From a virus (Duplodnaviria > Caudoviricetes), in the IMG/VR virus record IMGVR_UViG_3300025590_000010, positions 1 through 53,744 of that record: 53,744 nt of DNA. One strand, given 5' to 3'. The position numbers and the translations under genes are program-made. Position 1 is the first letter of the stretch, and each line of letters starts with the position of its first letter. This document shows, in pieces, positions 1 through 9,906 of this stretch. The notes beneath the pieces are model-generated. The model was not told the DNA's origin. It saw only the letters and a program-made list of their open reading frames with translations, and ran no database searches.

Positions 1-155
1 CTAAGGTACATGATAACAACAACATTCTATCCTCATACGAGGACAACCATGAGCAGGACATACATGACTTGGTTACAGATATTATCTACGACATAGATGA
101 TGTAGAGATAGAGAACTTAAACGTGAGAGAGAGACAATGATTACACAGGAAGACA
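1..155. repeat. Terminal direct repeat (circular assembly overlap), copy 1
   Basis: 1-155 matches 53590-53744 except at positions 9, 14 and 29; 30-155 identical. Confidence 0.95.
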
Positions 156-496
156 TAGATGCTTTTGCTGCTATGGCAGACGTTAACCCACAGGATTACT
201 CCTATTGGGTTGAAGGTAAGATCGTAACAGAGGGAGAGACACGGCTAGTAGAGAATACCCTAGGGTTAGTCGGTGAGGCAGGCGAGGTAGCTGAGAAGAT
301 CAAGAAGCTACTACGTGACTCAAGCAAGATTAACCCAGATGATATTATTAAAGAGCTAGGTGACGTTGTATTCTACGCTACTGCCTTGGCTAATTACTTT
401 AACAGTGACCTCACAGAGGTACTGCAGACTAACATGGATAAACTAAACAGCCGTGCAAGACGTGGCGTTATTAAAGGATCAGGAGACAATAGATGA
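137..496 (+). CDS. mazG: MazG-like nucleoside triphosphate pyrophosphohydrolase
   Basis: LGLVGEAGEVAEKIKK...KELGDVVFY dimeric dUTPase/MazG motif. Confidence 0.85.
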   Translation: MITQEDIDAFAAMADVNPQDYSYWVEGKIVTEGETRLVENTLGLVGEAGEVAEKIKKLLRDSSKINPDDIIKELGDVVFYATALANYFNSDLTEVLQTNMDKLNSRARRGVIKGSGDNR

Positions 497-2397
497 GCAA
501 TCAATTACCAACAGACTACCAAGCATTCATTCACAAGTCACGTTACGCCAAGTACTTTGATGGCAAGGGCCGTGAGTCATGGGGTGAAACAGTAGGACGT
601 TACATGGATAACGTAGTACGTAAGGCATTGGGTGGCGTAGACAACAGTTACATCAAGGATATTGAGCAGGCTATCGTAGGCCAAGAGATCATGCCCTCCA
701 TGAGAGCTATGATGACAGCTGGCCCAGCCTTAGATCGTGACAACACAGCAGGGTACAACTGTAGCTACCTACCCGTAGATGACCCTAAGTCCTTCGATGA
801 GGCTATGTACATTCTCCTCTGCGGTACTGGTGTCGGGTTCTCTGTCGAGCGCCAGTTTATCAGCAAGCTCCCAGAAGTACCTGAGCTCTTCGAGAGTGAG
901 TCTATCGTTGTCGTTAAGGACAGTAAGGAAGGTTGGGCTAAGGGGTTCCGTCAAGTTCTTGCACTCCTCTGGGCTGGTGAGATCCCTAAGTGGGACGTAT
1001 CACAGGTACGCCCTGCAGGTGCAAGGCTTAAGACGTTTGGCGGTAGAGCGTCAGGCCCAGCGCCACTCGTAGAACTATTTAACTTTGCTGTAGCTACATT
1101 CAAGGCTGCACAGGGACGTAAGCTTAGCTCTATGGAATGTCATGACCTTATGTGTTTCATTGGTCAGATCGTTGTCGTAGGTGGTGTGCGCCGCTCAGCT
1201 ATGATCTCTCTGTCTAACCTGAGTGATGATCGTATGCGTCATGCTAAGTCAGGACAGTGGTGGGAAACAGCTGGGCATCGTGCCTTGGCTAACAACTCTG
1301 TATCATACACTGAGAAGCCAGACATGGAAACATTCATGCGTGAGTGGCTTGCACTGGTTGAGTCTAAGTCTGGTGAGCGTGGTATCTTCAATCGTGAAGC
1401 ATCCAAGAAGCAAGCAGCTAAGTTTGGGCGGCGTGATCCTAACTATGAGTTTGGTACAAACCCTTGTTCTGAAATCATTTTACGTCCATATCAGTTTTGT
1501 AACTTAACGGAGTGTGTAGTACGTGCTACTGATAGCATTGAAGATCTTGAGCGTAAGGTTAAGCTGGCTACCATCTTAGGTACTATTCAGTCTACCATGA
1601 TTAAGTTTCCTTACCTACGCAAGGTATGGCAGAACAACACAGCAGAGGAGCGGTTGCTTGGTGTATCTATGACAGGCATCATGGACAACCCTCTTATGAC
1701 AAACAAGAACGCAGGATTGGAGAAGACACTTGAGCATTTACGATCCATTGCTGTGGCTACTAACGCTGAGTGGGCTGAGTTGCTTGGCATCCCTGCTAGT
1801 GCTGCTATCAGCTGCGTTAAACCTTCGGGTACGGTATCACAACTGGTTGATTCTGCTAGTGGAATTCATGCTCGTCACAGCCCCTATTATATTCGTACTG
1901 TCCGTGGTGATAGCAAAGACCCACTAACACAGTTCATGATTGATAAGGGTATCCCTAACGAGCCTTGCGTTATGAAGCCTGACTCTACTGTAGTGTTCAG
2001 CTTCCCTGTTAAGTCTCCTGAGCAGGCTGTCACACGTAATGATATGACTGCTGTAGAGCAGCTTGAGTTGTGGCTCACCTATCAGCGACACTGGTGTGAG
2101 CATAAGCCAAGCGTAACTATCTCAGTTCGTGACACCGAATGGATGTCTGTAGGTGCATTTGTATATGAACACTTTGATGAGATGTCAGGTGTCTCATTTC
2201 TGCCACATTCTGATCATACTTACCAGCAAGCACCCTATCAGGATTGCACTAAGGAACAGTATGAAGAGATGCTTGAGCTTATGCCAGACAGCATTGACTG
2301 GGAAGAGCTTAATGATTACGAGAGTGAAGATAACACAGTGTCTATGCAGACTATGGCCTGCTCTGGTGACAGCTGTGAGATTGTGGATCTGGTATGA
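493..2397 (+). CDS. nrdJ: Class II (adenosylcobalamin-dependent) ribonucleotide reductase
   Basis: PSMRAMMTAG, GGVRRSA, TNPCSEI, CNLTE, VKPSGTVSQL motifs; C-terminal CSGDSC cysteine pair; no beta subunit gene. Confidence 0.92.
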   Translation: MSNQLPTDYQAFIHKSRYAKYFDGKGRESWGETVGRYMDNVVRKALGGVDNSYIKDIEQAIVGQEIMPSMRAMMTAGPALDRDNTAGYNCSYLPVDDPKSFDEAMYILLCGTGVGFSVERQFISKLPEVPELFESESIVVVKDSKEGWAKGFRQVLALLWAGEIPKWDVSQVRPAGARLKTFGGRASGPAPLVELFNFAVATFKAAQGRKLSSMECHDLMCFIGQIVVVGGVRRSAMISLSNLSDDRMRHAKSGQWWETAGHRALANNSVSYTEKPDMETFMREWLALVESKSGERGIFNREASKKQAAKFGRRDPNYEFGTNPCSEIILRPYQFCNLTECVVRATDSIEDLERKVKLATILGTIQSTMIKFPYLRKVWQNNTAEERLLGVSMTGIMDNPLMTNKNAGLEKTLEHLRSIAVATNAEWAELLGIPASAAISCVKPSGTVSQLVDSASGIHARHSPYYIRTVRGDSKDPLTQFMIDKGIPNEPCVMKPDSTVVFSFPVKSPEQAVTRNDMTAVEQLELWLTYQRHWCEHKPSVTISVRDTEWMSVGAFVYEHFDEMSGVSFLPHSDHTYQQAPYQDCTKEQYEEMLELMPDSIDWEELNDYESEDNTVSMQTMACSGDSCEIVDLV

Positions 2398-2624
2398 GTT
2401 ACGTAGTAGTAGGCACAGACAAGTGTGAGTTCTGTACTAAGGCAAAGCACTTGTTACGAGAGAAAGGGGTAGGCTTCACGGCCTACTCACTAAGTTCACA
2501 AAGTAGCAAATGGCTATTGACACTAATTAAACAAGCAGGTATGACTACCGTACCACAAATCTGGGACAACAACGGTGACTACATAGGTGGTTACACAGAA
2601 CTAAAGGAAAAACTAGAATGTTAG
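2394..2624 (+). CDS. Glutaredoxin
   Basis: CEFC active site, TVPQI and IGGY motifs; next to RNR. Confidence 0.88.
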   Translation: MSYVVVGTDKCEFCTKAKHLLREKGVGFTAYSLSSQSSKWLLTLIKQAGMTTVPQIWDNNGDYIGGYTELKEKLEC

Positions 2625-2785
2625 AGTTTGTATTATACTTCTTCACAGTTGTAGCTGTAGTGGAGACTACGGTTGATGTAGGCACTAAGACTTACGATAC
2701 CGTAAGTACTGTAGTGCAGGAAGTCTTGGCTGACGAAGAGCCTGTAGAGTTAGAGGAAGAGCACTCTACAGAGCAGGAATACTAA
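2618..2785 (+). CDS. Small hypothetical protein (55 aa), N-terminal hydrophobic segment and acidic tail
   Basis: ATG 2618 with AAGGA upstream; MLEFVLYFFTVVAVVE...TEQEY*; below ORF-track cutoff. Confidence 0.6.
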   Translation: MLEFVLYFFTVVAVVETTVDVGTKTYDTVSTVVQEVLADEEPVELEEEHSTEQEY

Positions 2786-2790
2786 GAGTA

Positions 2791-2823
2791 AAGGCTCAGC
2801 GTTACGGCGCTGGGCTTTCCTTT
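2791..2823 (+). terminator. Rho-independent terminator
   Basis: AAGGCTCAGCG-ttacgg-CGCTGGGCTTT stem followed by CCTTT. Confidence 0.6.
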
Positions 2824-2838
2824 AACGTAGGAGTAATC

Positions 2839-3471
2839 ATGGCAATATGTTATAAATGTAATTGCTCATTAGATGCTACAAACTGGATGGCATCTTTTAA
2901 AAAGAGAAACCAACGTATATGTAAGGCTTGTTACCGAAGTAAGTTTAACTCTAAGAATGGGCCTCAACGTTTATACATAAATGGTGAATATATACCTAAG
3001 AGAGATCCACGTCATAAAGTGTTTAAGCCTGGTAATTATAAAAACATAAATGATGCGGTATTCTCACAATCAAGTATTAATCAAATACAAGAGGGCTACG
3101 TCTATGTCATGACTAATAAGGCATGGCCTGACTGGGTAAAGATAGGTATGGCTATTGATGCAGAGGACAGGCTAAACGGTTATCAAACAAGTAGCCCACA
3201 CCGTGACTACGTATTGGAGCACTACGTTGCATCTAATGATCGGCGCAAGTCAGAGAGAGAGGCTCACACTAGGGCTTTACCCTTGGCATCTGACTCTAAG
3301 GGTGAGTGGTTTAAACTATCAGTAGAACAAGCAATAACAATACTGGATAATCTGGATGAACAACATCGAACCGTTATCAAAGCCGACAAGAACCCGCAGG
3401 AAGACGAACTACAAGAACGCCCAAAGCAAACCGACTTCTGGGATCTTACCAAAGACTTCCAACCAAGCTAA
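2839..3471 (+). CDS. T5orf172/GIY-YIG-like nuclease with N-terminal CxxC...CxxC zinc finger
   Basis: GYVYVM...VKIGMA...RL..YQTSSP...E..H...GEWF pattern. Confidence 0.75.
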   Translation: MAICYKCNCSLDATNWMASFKKRNQRICKACYRSKFNSKNGPQRLYINGEYIPKRDPRHKVFKPGNYKNINDAVFSQSSINQIQEGYVYVMTNKAWPDWVKIGMAIDAEDRLNGYQTSSPHRDYVLEHYVASNDRRKSEREAHTRALPLASDSKGEWFKLSVEQAITILDNLDEQHRTVIKADKNPQEDELQERPKQTDFWDLTKDFQPS

Positions 3472-4066
3472 GCTCATTGAAGCTATTACTAACAGCAAGC
3501 AGGTGCTTATCCTTGGCCCTGCTGGTACTGGTAAGACTTACGTTACAGCTACATGTGCAGCAGACTTGTACACACTCAAAGAGATTGACAAGATTGTTAT
3601 CACACGCCCTCACGTAGCTGTAGGTAAAGACATTGGGTTCCTGCCCGGTACACTAGAAGAGAAGGCACAGCCGTGGGCATTGCCTGTGCTTGACGTACTG
3701 GTGAAACACTTGGGGCGTGGTGCTGTTGATACAGGACTTAAGAACGGTAACATCGAAGTAGCTACTCTGGCGTTGATGCGTGGGCGTAGCTTTGATGATG
3801 CTTTCATTATCGTGGATGAAGCGCAGAACATTGAGATACCAGAGATCAAGATGCTCTTGACACGTGTAGGTGAAGGCAGTACTATTGTACTCAATGGTGA
3901 CATCCAGCAGTCTGACCTTAAGTCTGGTGACGGTCTAAGTAAGATCATTCATCTGGCTAAGAAGCACATGCTTGATGTACCCGTGGTAGAGTTTGGTATT
4001 GATGACATTGTGCGTAGTGGTATCTGCGCTGAGTGGGTCAAAGTATTTATGAAGGAAGGTCTGTGA
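3356..4066 (+). CDS. phoH: PhoH-family ATPase
   Basis: GPAGTGKT Walker A, ITRP, GFLPG, MRGRSF, DEAQN, GDIQQSDL, IVRS motifs. Confidence 0.95.
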   Translation: MNNIEPLSKPTRTRRKTNYKNAQSKPTSGILPKTSNQAKLIEAITNSKQVLILGPAGTGKTYVTATCAADLYTLKEIDKIVITRPHVAVGKDIGFLPGTLEEKAQPWALPVLDVLVKHLGRGAVDTGLKNGNIEVATLALMRGRSFDDAFIIVDEAQNIEIPEIKMLLTRVGEGSTIVLNGDIQQSDLKSGDGLSKIIHLAKKHMLDVPVVEFGIDDIVRSGICAEWVKVFMKEGL

Positions 4067-4266
4067 AGTTAGAACAAGAAGCCAAAGCGCACGTAGAAGG
4101 CACACGCATTAAGTTCTATGATGAGTTAGCCCAACATGCAGAAGCACTAGAGCAACACATCAAGAATAATCTATGGCAGAGTGACGAAAGGAACAAAGCA
4201 CTAGAGCATCTTATAGCTACAGTACTATGGGCAAGACACTGTGTTAAGAAACATGGTACACAATAA
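4063..4266 (+). CDS. Small helical protein (67 aa), possible Acb2/Tad1-hairpin-like
   Basis: GTG overlapping phoH stop (GTGA); SDERNKALEHLIATVLWA motif. Confidence 0.6.
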   Translation: MKLEQEAKAHVEGTRIKFYDELAQHAEALEQHIKNNLWQSDERNKALEHLIATVLWARHCVKKHGTQ

Positions 4267-4300
4267 AGAAAAGGGGAGCTTAGTGGCTCCCCTCTCTCGT
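4266..4300. terminator. Bidirectional terminator between the converging arms
   Basis: AGGGGAGC-ttagtg-GCTCCCCT hairpin (4272-4293) with A-run upstream and pyrimidine run downstream. Confidence 0.8.
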
Positions 4301-7300
4301 TTATAACTTAGCTGACTCATCGTAGATCTCTTTGAGATACTCAGCGTACTCTATGAAGAGGTCTATCTCAGCGAAGTTGTAGTCCTCTAGCGATCCTGTT
4401 ACACCATGCTGCTCTTTCATTATCCTAGCAGCCTCACGGCGGATCTCTTTATTGCCACCCGCCCTGTTAGCTTTACTTGCTAGGCGTAGACGCATAGTCT
4501 CTGCACCACCGTAGCCTTCTTCCATCAAGCCAGTGATCTCTTTCTTAGCATCCTTCATGACTTGCTTAAGCATACGGCGGCGTCCTGTTAGGTTTGCCTC
4601 CTTAAACATAGCGCTATTGATAAGCTGCTGTGTCTTACGCTCAAGTGCTGGTGCAAGCATACCATTGAGAGCCTTATCATATGCAGGTATCTTGCTACGC
4701 TCATTAGCCTGCCAAGGAAACATCTCAGCCATAGAGTATGCCTTCTCAGATGCTGTGCGTCCTGGCTTTACAGTGATACCAAAGATACGAGCAAAGGGGT
4801 TAGCGTCATAGATCTCACCCTCACGTGTAGCAACACGAAGCTCCTCACCTGTGATAGTGTCTGTCTTATCAATGAATGCCTCAAGGATATTATCCACATA
4901 CTTTGTAGCAGACTGACTTAAGACGTTGATACCCTCTGCCTGACGTACATCCTTAGCAGTGTCCGTACCCATGGCAAAGCCAACGATCTTATTCACTGCA
5001 TCTAATGGGCGTGTAGCACCAGCCAGTAAGTTACCCGCTACCTTATATCCACCCTCAAGTGATGCACCACGTGCGCCCTCATCAGCATTGAACATAATAT
5101 CTAGTAGATTGTTAATGTCATTACCAAACTGTACGTCACGTGCAAGCTGGCCTACAGCTACCTGTGTGCCTAGCTCTTGGAGAAGTTCCCTGGGTACATC
5201 CTCGCCATTACGCTTCATATTAAAGATGCGCCCTGCTGCCAAGAACAGTGAGAAGGGGAAGGTGTTACGAGCGTCTACAATAGTACCACCACCTACTTCG
5301 ATCTCATTGTAGGCTAATCCTTTAGCACGGCGCTCTGTGTCAAACTCTGCTGCTGCATAGATAGCTGCAGTACCCACAGTCATACGAGCAAAGGCTTCAC
5401 GCTCTGTAAGGTCTGTACCTTCCTTCTTAATGGTACGAACCATGAACTTACCAAGCTGTTCAGGTGCAGCCAGAGGTGACCACTGATATGCTGTAGCAAG
5501 TACGTTGTTAAAGAAGCGTCCAAAGGGTAGGATAGTACCTAAGCCTGGTGTGTTAGAGAACTTCTCTGCAAGACCAGCTGTTGTTTCAAGCAACTCACGT
5601 CCTATGCCCTCTTGGTTCTTAGTGTAGTCCTTAGAGAACACAGACCGTAGTGTGCCATCAAGTGCAGCACCCAGTACATCCTCATCAATAGGCTTACCAG
5701 ATACAAGCGCATCCTTGAGTGTAATACCTTTCTCAACACGTAGATACTTATCAAGCTCTGTCATGAACATCTGAGACTTAGTAAAGCTATCCTGTACACG
5801 TACACCAGTGATCTGATTGGCAGCTGTAGTAACAGCCTCAACGTTTTTAAACAGCTTACTGTTAGGGTCAATGCCATAACGCTTAGATGTACCCTCAACA
5901 CCACCAGATAGTGTCTCAAATAAGATCTTCTGAATGTCACTGTTCTTATCCAAGAACTTCATGTACTCATCGTGAGTAGTGAAGGGGTCTAACAGGTTAC
6001 GGATCTTCTGTCCCTGTATTGCAGTTAATGCCCGTGCTTGGCGGAACGTTTTCTCTGCAGCCTTAGGGTTATACGCCATCTGTCCCAGCCCTTTAAGACC
6101 TAGTGTAGATGCGTTAAACAAGTCAGCCATAGTCTGACCTGCATAGTACTGGGAGAAGCCTGCAATGTTCAATGCTGTTGTAGCAGGGGATGAAACAAGC
6201 AAGCGCTTCCACACAGACTGACCATACTTATACTTGTCAGACTTGTTCATCTTCTGTAGTTCTTCACCTACAGCTTCCTTAGCGTCAATGTCTTCTACAG
6301 CTGCGTCAATCTTATCCTTAGATGCAACGATACCAGCGTCTAGGGTTTTACGTACCTGAGACATAACGTTCAGGGTCTTACCTGCCTCGTTAATTCTCTT
6401 GGCAAGCATGTCACCCATCTTAACTTTAGAGCTACCTAATTCACCGAACTGAATACCTGAGTACTTTAACATACCCTCATTGATACGGTTAAGCTCTTCC
6501 TCTGGGATGTAACGCACAACATTTGTGATCACATCTGAGATAGTCTTATTACGATCAATACCATAGCCAGAGTCTTTAAACACTTTAGCTAGACCGCCTG
6601 CACCATCTTCACCTAGCATAATGTTCTTGATAAGATCAGCTGGCATAGCATCTGCTGTGTAGGCACTACCCTTAGCCACCTTCTCATTCCATGAGTCAAC
6701 ACTCTCCATGATAGCCTTGGCTGCTTTACTTGACTGCTCCTTGTTGAGGGTAGGTGCAGCCTCTTCAATCACAGCATTAGATAGCTTCTCTAAAGAAGAT
6801 CCTGTATCCTCTAAGCCAGATGCACCACGGAACTTACCAAAGCCTAACTGTGCAGCACCAGCAACACCACCAAGTAGTGATGCAAAGCCTGTCTGCAGAG
6901 CGCTGTACTCTTCCTGTGCGCCTACTTCAAGCATGACATTCTGTGCCATGACATCCTGTAGTACAGCAGCAGTAGCATCTAGTGCAACAGTCTGCTTTAG
7001 GGCAGTCTTAGCGCCTGCAGCGAACAGTTCTTTCTGTTGCATAAGCATAGCATCTTTAGCTAAGGCACGGCGTCCCTCACTAGCTACACGCTTGGATACT
7101 TCATTGTATGCCTTACCTGCTTGGCGGGTAGTCATACCCTTCTCAACAGCCCTACGTGCAGCCTCAATACCAGCACGTTCACCAGCCTCTTTAGCTGCAG
7201 CCTTAGTAGCACCACTCTTAAGTGCCTCTCTACCAGCCTGACGTACAGATGCCTTGATGAGTTGCTTACCAGTAACACTAAGACCAGCTGCACCAGCACG

Positions 7301-7771
7301 AGCAATACCACCAGTAGCTACACCAATGTAGTTTGTAGGATCAGATGCTGCAGCAAATACGTAGTCTTTAATACCATCTACTGCACCCATGATACCATCA
7401 TTGACAAATACGTTGCCTAGCTGGTCATACAGCTGGTATGCCTTAGCAGCCTTAGCCTTACGTCTATCATCTGCTTTACTAATGAAGCGTACCTCACCAG
7501 CTGTCGATACAGTGTTAGCGTTGAAGTAACGCATATGATCTACGAAGTCTTCTACAAGAGTGTCTTCATCTGTCTCTTGGTAGTCCACACCCTTACGCTC
7601 TACCATGTAGTCACGAATGGCTGTGGTGTATTCGTAGTTCTTCTTAAGGTCATCCTTCTTTAGAGTGACACTTGGATCTAGCGAGAATGTACTAGGTGTC
7701 TCTATCTCTGGTGTCAGAGGAGCAGAAGACTTAAAAGCATTAAGCCGTGCAAGGGATTCTTCGTAGCTCAT
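4301..7771 (-). CDS. Large internal virion (ejection) protein
   Basis: 1156 aa, Ala/Gly-rich helical, last gene of structural arm as in podovirus ejectosome genes. Confidence 0.65.
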   Translation of the reverse strand: MSYEESLARLNAFKSSAPLTPEIETPSTFSLDPSVTLKKDDLKKNYEYTTAIRDYMVERKGVDYQETDEDTLVEDFVDHMRYFNANTVSTAGEVRFISKADDRRKAKAAKAYQLYDQLGNVFVNDGIMGAVDGIKDYVFAAASDPTNYIGVATGGIARAGAAGLSVTGKQLIKASVRQAGREALKSGATKAAAKEAGERAGIEAARRAVEKGMTTRQAGKAYNEVSKRVASEGRRALAKDAMLMQQKELFAAGAKTALKQTVALDATAAVLQDVMAQNVMLEVGAQEEYSALQTGFASLLGGVAGAAQLGFGKFRGASGLEDTGSSLEKLSNAVIEEAAPTLNKEQSSKAAKAIMESVDSWNEKVAKGSAYTADAMPADLIKNIMLGEDGAGGLAKVFKDSGYGIDRNKTISDVITNVVRYIPEEELNRINEGMLKYSGIQFGELGSSKVKMGDMLAKRINEAGKTLNVMSQVRKTLDAGIVASKDKIDAAVEDIDAKEAVGEELQKMNKSDKYKYGQSVWKRLLVSSPATTALNIAGFSQYYAGQTMADLFNASTLGLKGLGQMAYNPKAAEKTFRQARALTAIQGQKIRNLLDPFTTHDEYMKFLDKNSDIQKILFETLSGGVEGTSKRYGIDPNSKLFKNVEAVTTAANQITGVRVQDSFTKSQMFMTELDKYLRVEKGITLKDALVSGKPIDEDVLGAALDGTLRSVFSKDYTKNQEGIGRELLETTAGLAEKFSNTPGLGTILPFGRFFNNVLATAYQWSPLAAPEQLGKFMVRTIKKEGTDLTEREAFARMTVGTAAIYAAAEFDTERRAKGLAYNEIEVGGGTIVDARNTFPFSLFLAAGRIFNMKRNGEDVPRELLQELGTQVAVGQLARDVQFGNDINNLLDIMFNADEGARGASLEGGYKVAGNLLAGATRPLDAVNKIVGFAMGTDTAKDVRQAEGINVLSQSATKYVDNILEAFIDKTDTITGEELRVATREGEIYDANPFARIFGITVKPGRTASEKAYSMAEMFPWQANERSKIPAYDKALNGMLAPALERKTQQLINSAMFKEANLTGRRRMLKQVMKDAKKEITGLMEEGYGGAETMRLRLASKANRAGGNKEIRREAARIMKEQHGVTGSLEDYNFAEIDLFIEYAEYLKEIYDESAKL

Positions 7772-9339
7772 TAGCCTGCTCCGAAAGTAGTTAAGTCTTT
7801 TTGGGATAAGCTTTTTCTTACCTTATCCTCACCCTCATCATACTCCTCTATAGTAATCTGTGGATTAGATCCAATAAAGTTAGACTCATCCAACATCTTT
7901 AGTTGCTCAGCAGTTACATTGAATGTACCTAGCTTACCTCTAATCTTGACTTTGTAATTAGGTTTATCTGCGTTACGTACAATGTTCAGTGTCTTAACAG
8001 CTGGTGCTACCAATTCGTCAAGCTCATCACGGAAGTAGAAGTTTAAAAAGCCACCAGCAGGAGACTCAGGCAAGCCTCTCTCCCTACGTTCTGCCCTACT
8101 CATCTCATCCCATTGCGCACGGGTGTACTTATCTGAGTAGTTACCATCAAAGAACTGACCTTCCATAGCCTGTTCTACTAACTTGATACCTGTCTCATCA
8201 AAGGGAGCAGCAGTAGGATACTTCTCATCTTGTTCTGCATCCTCAGGCTTAGGTTCAGTAAGCGTCACAGGTTCTGGAACCACAGGATCATCTGCAGCGA
8301 CTGGCCCAGTAGGCTCTACTGCATTTCCCTCAGTCTCTGTATCCTCTACACCATCAGGTGCTTCAATAGAGTACTGCTCTTTAAGAGTACTTACATAGCC
8401 CTCACCCATAACACCTGTGATAGTCTGTAATGCAAGCCTATTCTCAAAGAACTTACCAGTGTGATATACATCAGCATAGTAATCAATGAGAGGCTTAGCA
8501 GCTACTATTTGTAGGTCTTTAATAGCCTGTGCTTCTGCTCTGTTCATAGCAGCCACCTGTTCAGCAGATGACATACCCGGCTTCATAGCTTCCTGTTTAG
8601 CTGCTTTAATATAAGCCTCTGCCTGATCACCCTCAATAGCATCTGCTGTAACCTCTGTGATCTTCTTAGAGAAGTCAAAGGCTTTGTCTGTGTCAAACAT
8701 GTTACGCTCAGTGAACACCATAGTAGCACCAGGAATGAGTGAGGTGTACTCTTCCTGTCTAGCTAGTTGGTTGATCTCAGCTACAGTCATGCCACTACCA
8801 AAGTCCTGCTCAGCAAGTTGTTGCTTAACACGAGCCTTAGCACCAAAGCCAAACAGTTGTCCTACAGAGCTTGTATCGTCTTCTGGTGCAGCATACTGTG
8901 TAGTAGGGCTAACACCGTATGTCTTCTTAGCGTACTCTTCTAAGCTCATGTCCATAAGAGACTGATCTACAGCGGGGATACTAGGCATATTAATGATAGC
9001 TTCAATATCATCTACACCCAACCTACCGTTCTGGCCTGGTGCATTAGCAGCCTTGTTTAACTTCTCATACAACTCCTGTACTGTACCCATACCAGATGCC
9101 ATAGCTTGACGCACGAGAGCCTTACCCTGAGGGTATGCACCCATAAGTGTTTCAGCTTGGCGTCCGTACTGTGCAGCCTGTCTAGCCCTAGAGTTACGCT
9201 GTGTGATTAAACTCTGGTTACGCTCAGCTGCAGCTTCCTGCTGCTCTTTATACTTCTTAGCTTCCTCACCACGCTCTTGAATACCTTCTGTGACTTCACC
9301 CAAGAAGGCTGCGCCGAATGCTTTCCAATCAAATGCCAT
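7771..9339 (-). CDS. Putative internal virion protein
   Basis: 522 aa, N-terminal FGAAFLG then coiled-coil; position among ejection genes. Confidence 0.55.
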   Translation of the reverse strand: MAFDWKAFGAAFLGEVTEGIQERGEEAKKYKEQQEAAAERNQSLITQRNSRARQAAQYGRQAETLMGAYPQGKALVRQAMASGMGTVQELYEKLNKAANAPGQNGRLGVDDIEAIINMPSIPAVDQSLMDMSLEEYAKKTYGVSPTTQYAAPEDDTSSVGQLFGFGAKARVKQQLAEQDFGSGMTVAEINQLARQEEYTSLIPGATMVFTERNMFDTDKAFDFSKKITEVTADAIEGDQAEAYIKAAKQEAMKPGMSSAEQVAAMNRAEAQAIKDLQIVAAKPLIDYYADVYHTGKFFENRLALQTITGVMGEGYVSTLKEQYSIEAPDGVEDTETEGNAVEPTGPVAADDPVVPEPVTLTEPKPEDAEQDEKYPTAAPFDETGIKLVEQAMEGQFFDGNYSDKYTRAQWDEMSRAERRERGLPESPAGGFLNFYFRDELDELVAPAVKTLNIVRNADKPNYKVKIRGKLGTFNVTAEQLKMLDESNFIGSNPQITIEEYDEGEDKVRKSLSQKDLTTFGAG

Positions 9340-9342
9340 GTC

Positions 9343-9897
9343 TTAGCCCCTTGCCATCAAACCCGTAGGTTCTTCTTCTACAGTTTCTACAGGAGCCATG
9401 TCATCCATAGACTCTTCTTCTACAGGCTCTTCCTGATCTACTAACTCACGTAGCATTGCCTTACCGGGGTCACTTGTATCGTCACCCTCTTCAAGCAGAT
9501 ACTTGTTAGCCAACAGAAGGAAGCGTTGCTTCTCTTTCTCCTCAGCCTTCTTCTTAGGATCAGCATTGGTATCCTTAGCTGTGATACCCATCGAACCCAG
9601 TGCCTGCTTTAGAAAGGTGTGAATGACAGGTGCTACCAGCATACCTGCATCAACTGTGTGGAGACCACGAGTTACACCCTGTAAGTAGATACTCTCTACG
9701 ATAGGGGCTAGGGGTACACCCGCCTCACACAATGCACCAAAGTCATCAAGTACTTCTTGGTTAGCTAGCTTGTTAATGTAAAACTTTGTAACATCCTCAA
9801 TGTCAGCCATCTCTGGTGGCTGCTCCCACGGAACATTACCAGGCTCCATAGTTAGAGACTGTCCGGGAATAGGTCTATCGAAAAAGTCTTGTTCCAT
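9343..9897 (-). CDS. Conserved hypothetical virion-associated protein
   Basis: PIPGQSLT..PG..PWE.PP N-terminus; acidic tail ending GLMARG. Confidence 0.6.
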   Translation of the reverse strand: MEQDFFDRPIPGQSLTMEPGNVPWEQPPEMADIEDVTKFYINKLANQEVLDDFGALCEAGVPLAPIVESIYLQGVTRGLHTVDAGMLVAPVIHTFLKQALGSMGITAKDTNADPKKKAEEKEKQRFLLLANKYLLEEGDDTSDPGKAMLRELVDQEEPVEEESMDDMAPVETVEEEPTGLMARG

Positions 9898-9906
9898 AAT
9901 TATACC

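Noticed and set aside
1-155. Terminal repeat as the biological direct terminal repeat of the virion DNA
   Set aside because: It falls mid-operon inside coding sequence, as expected for an assembly overlap; real ends more likely lie in the 39-40 kb non-coding region
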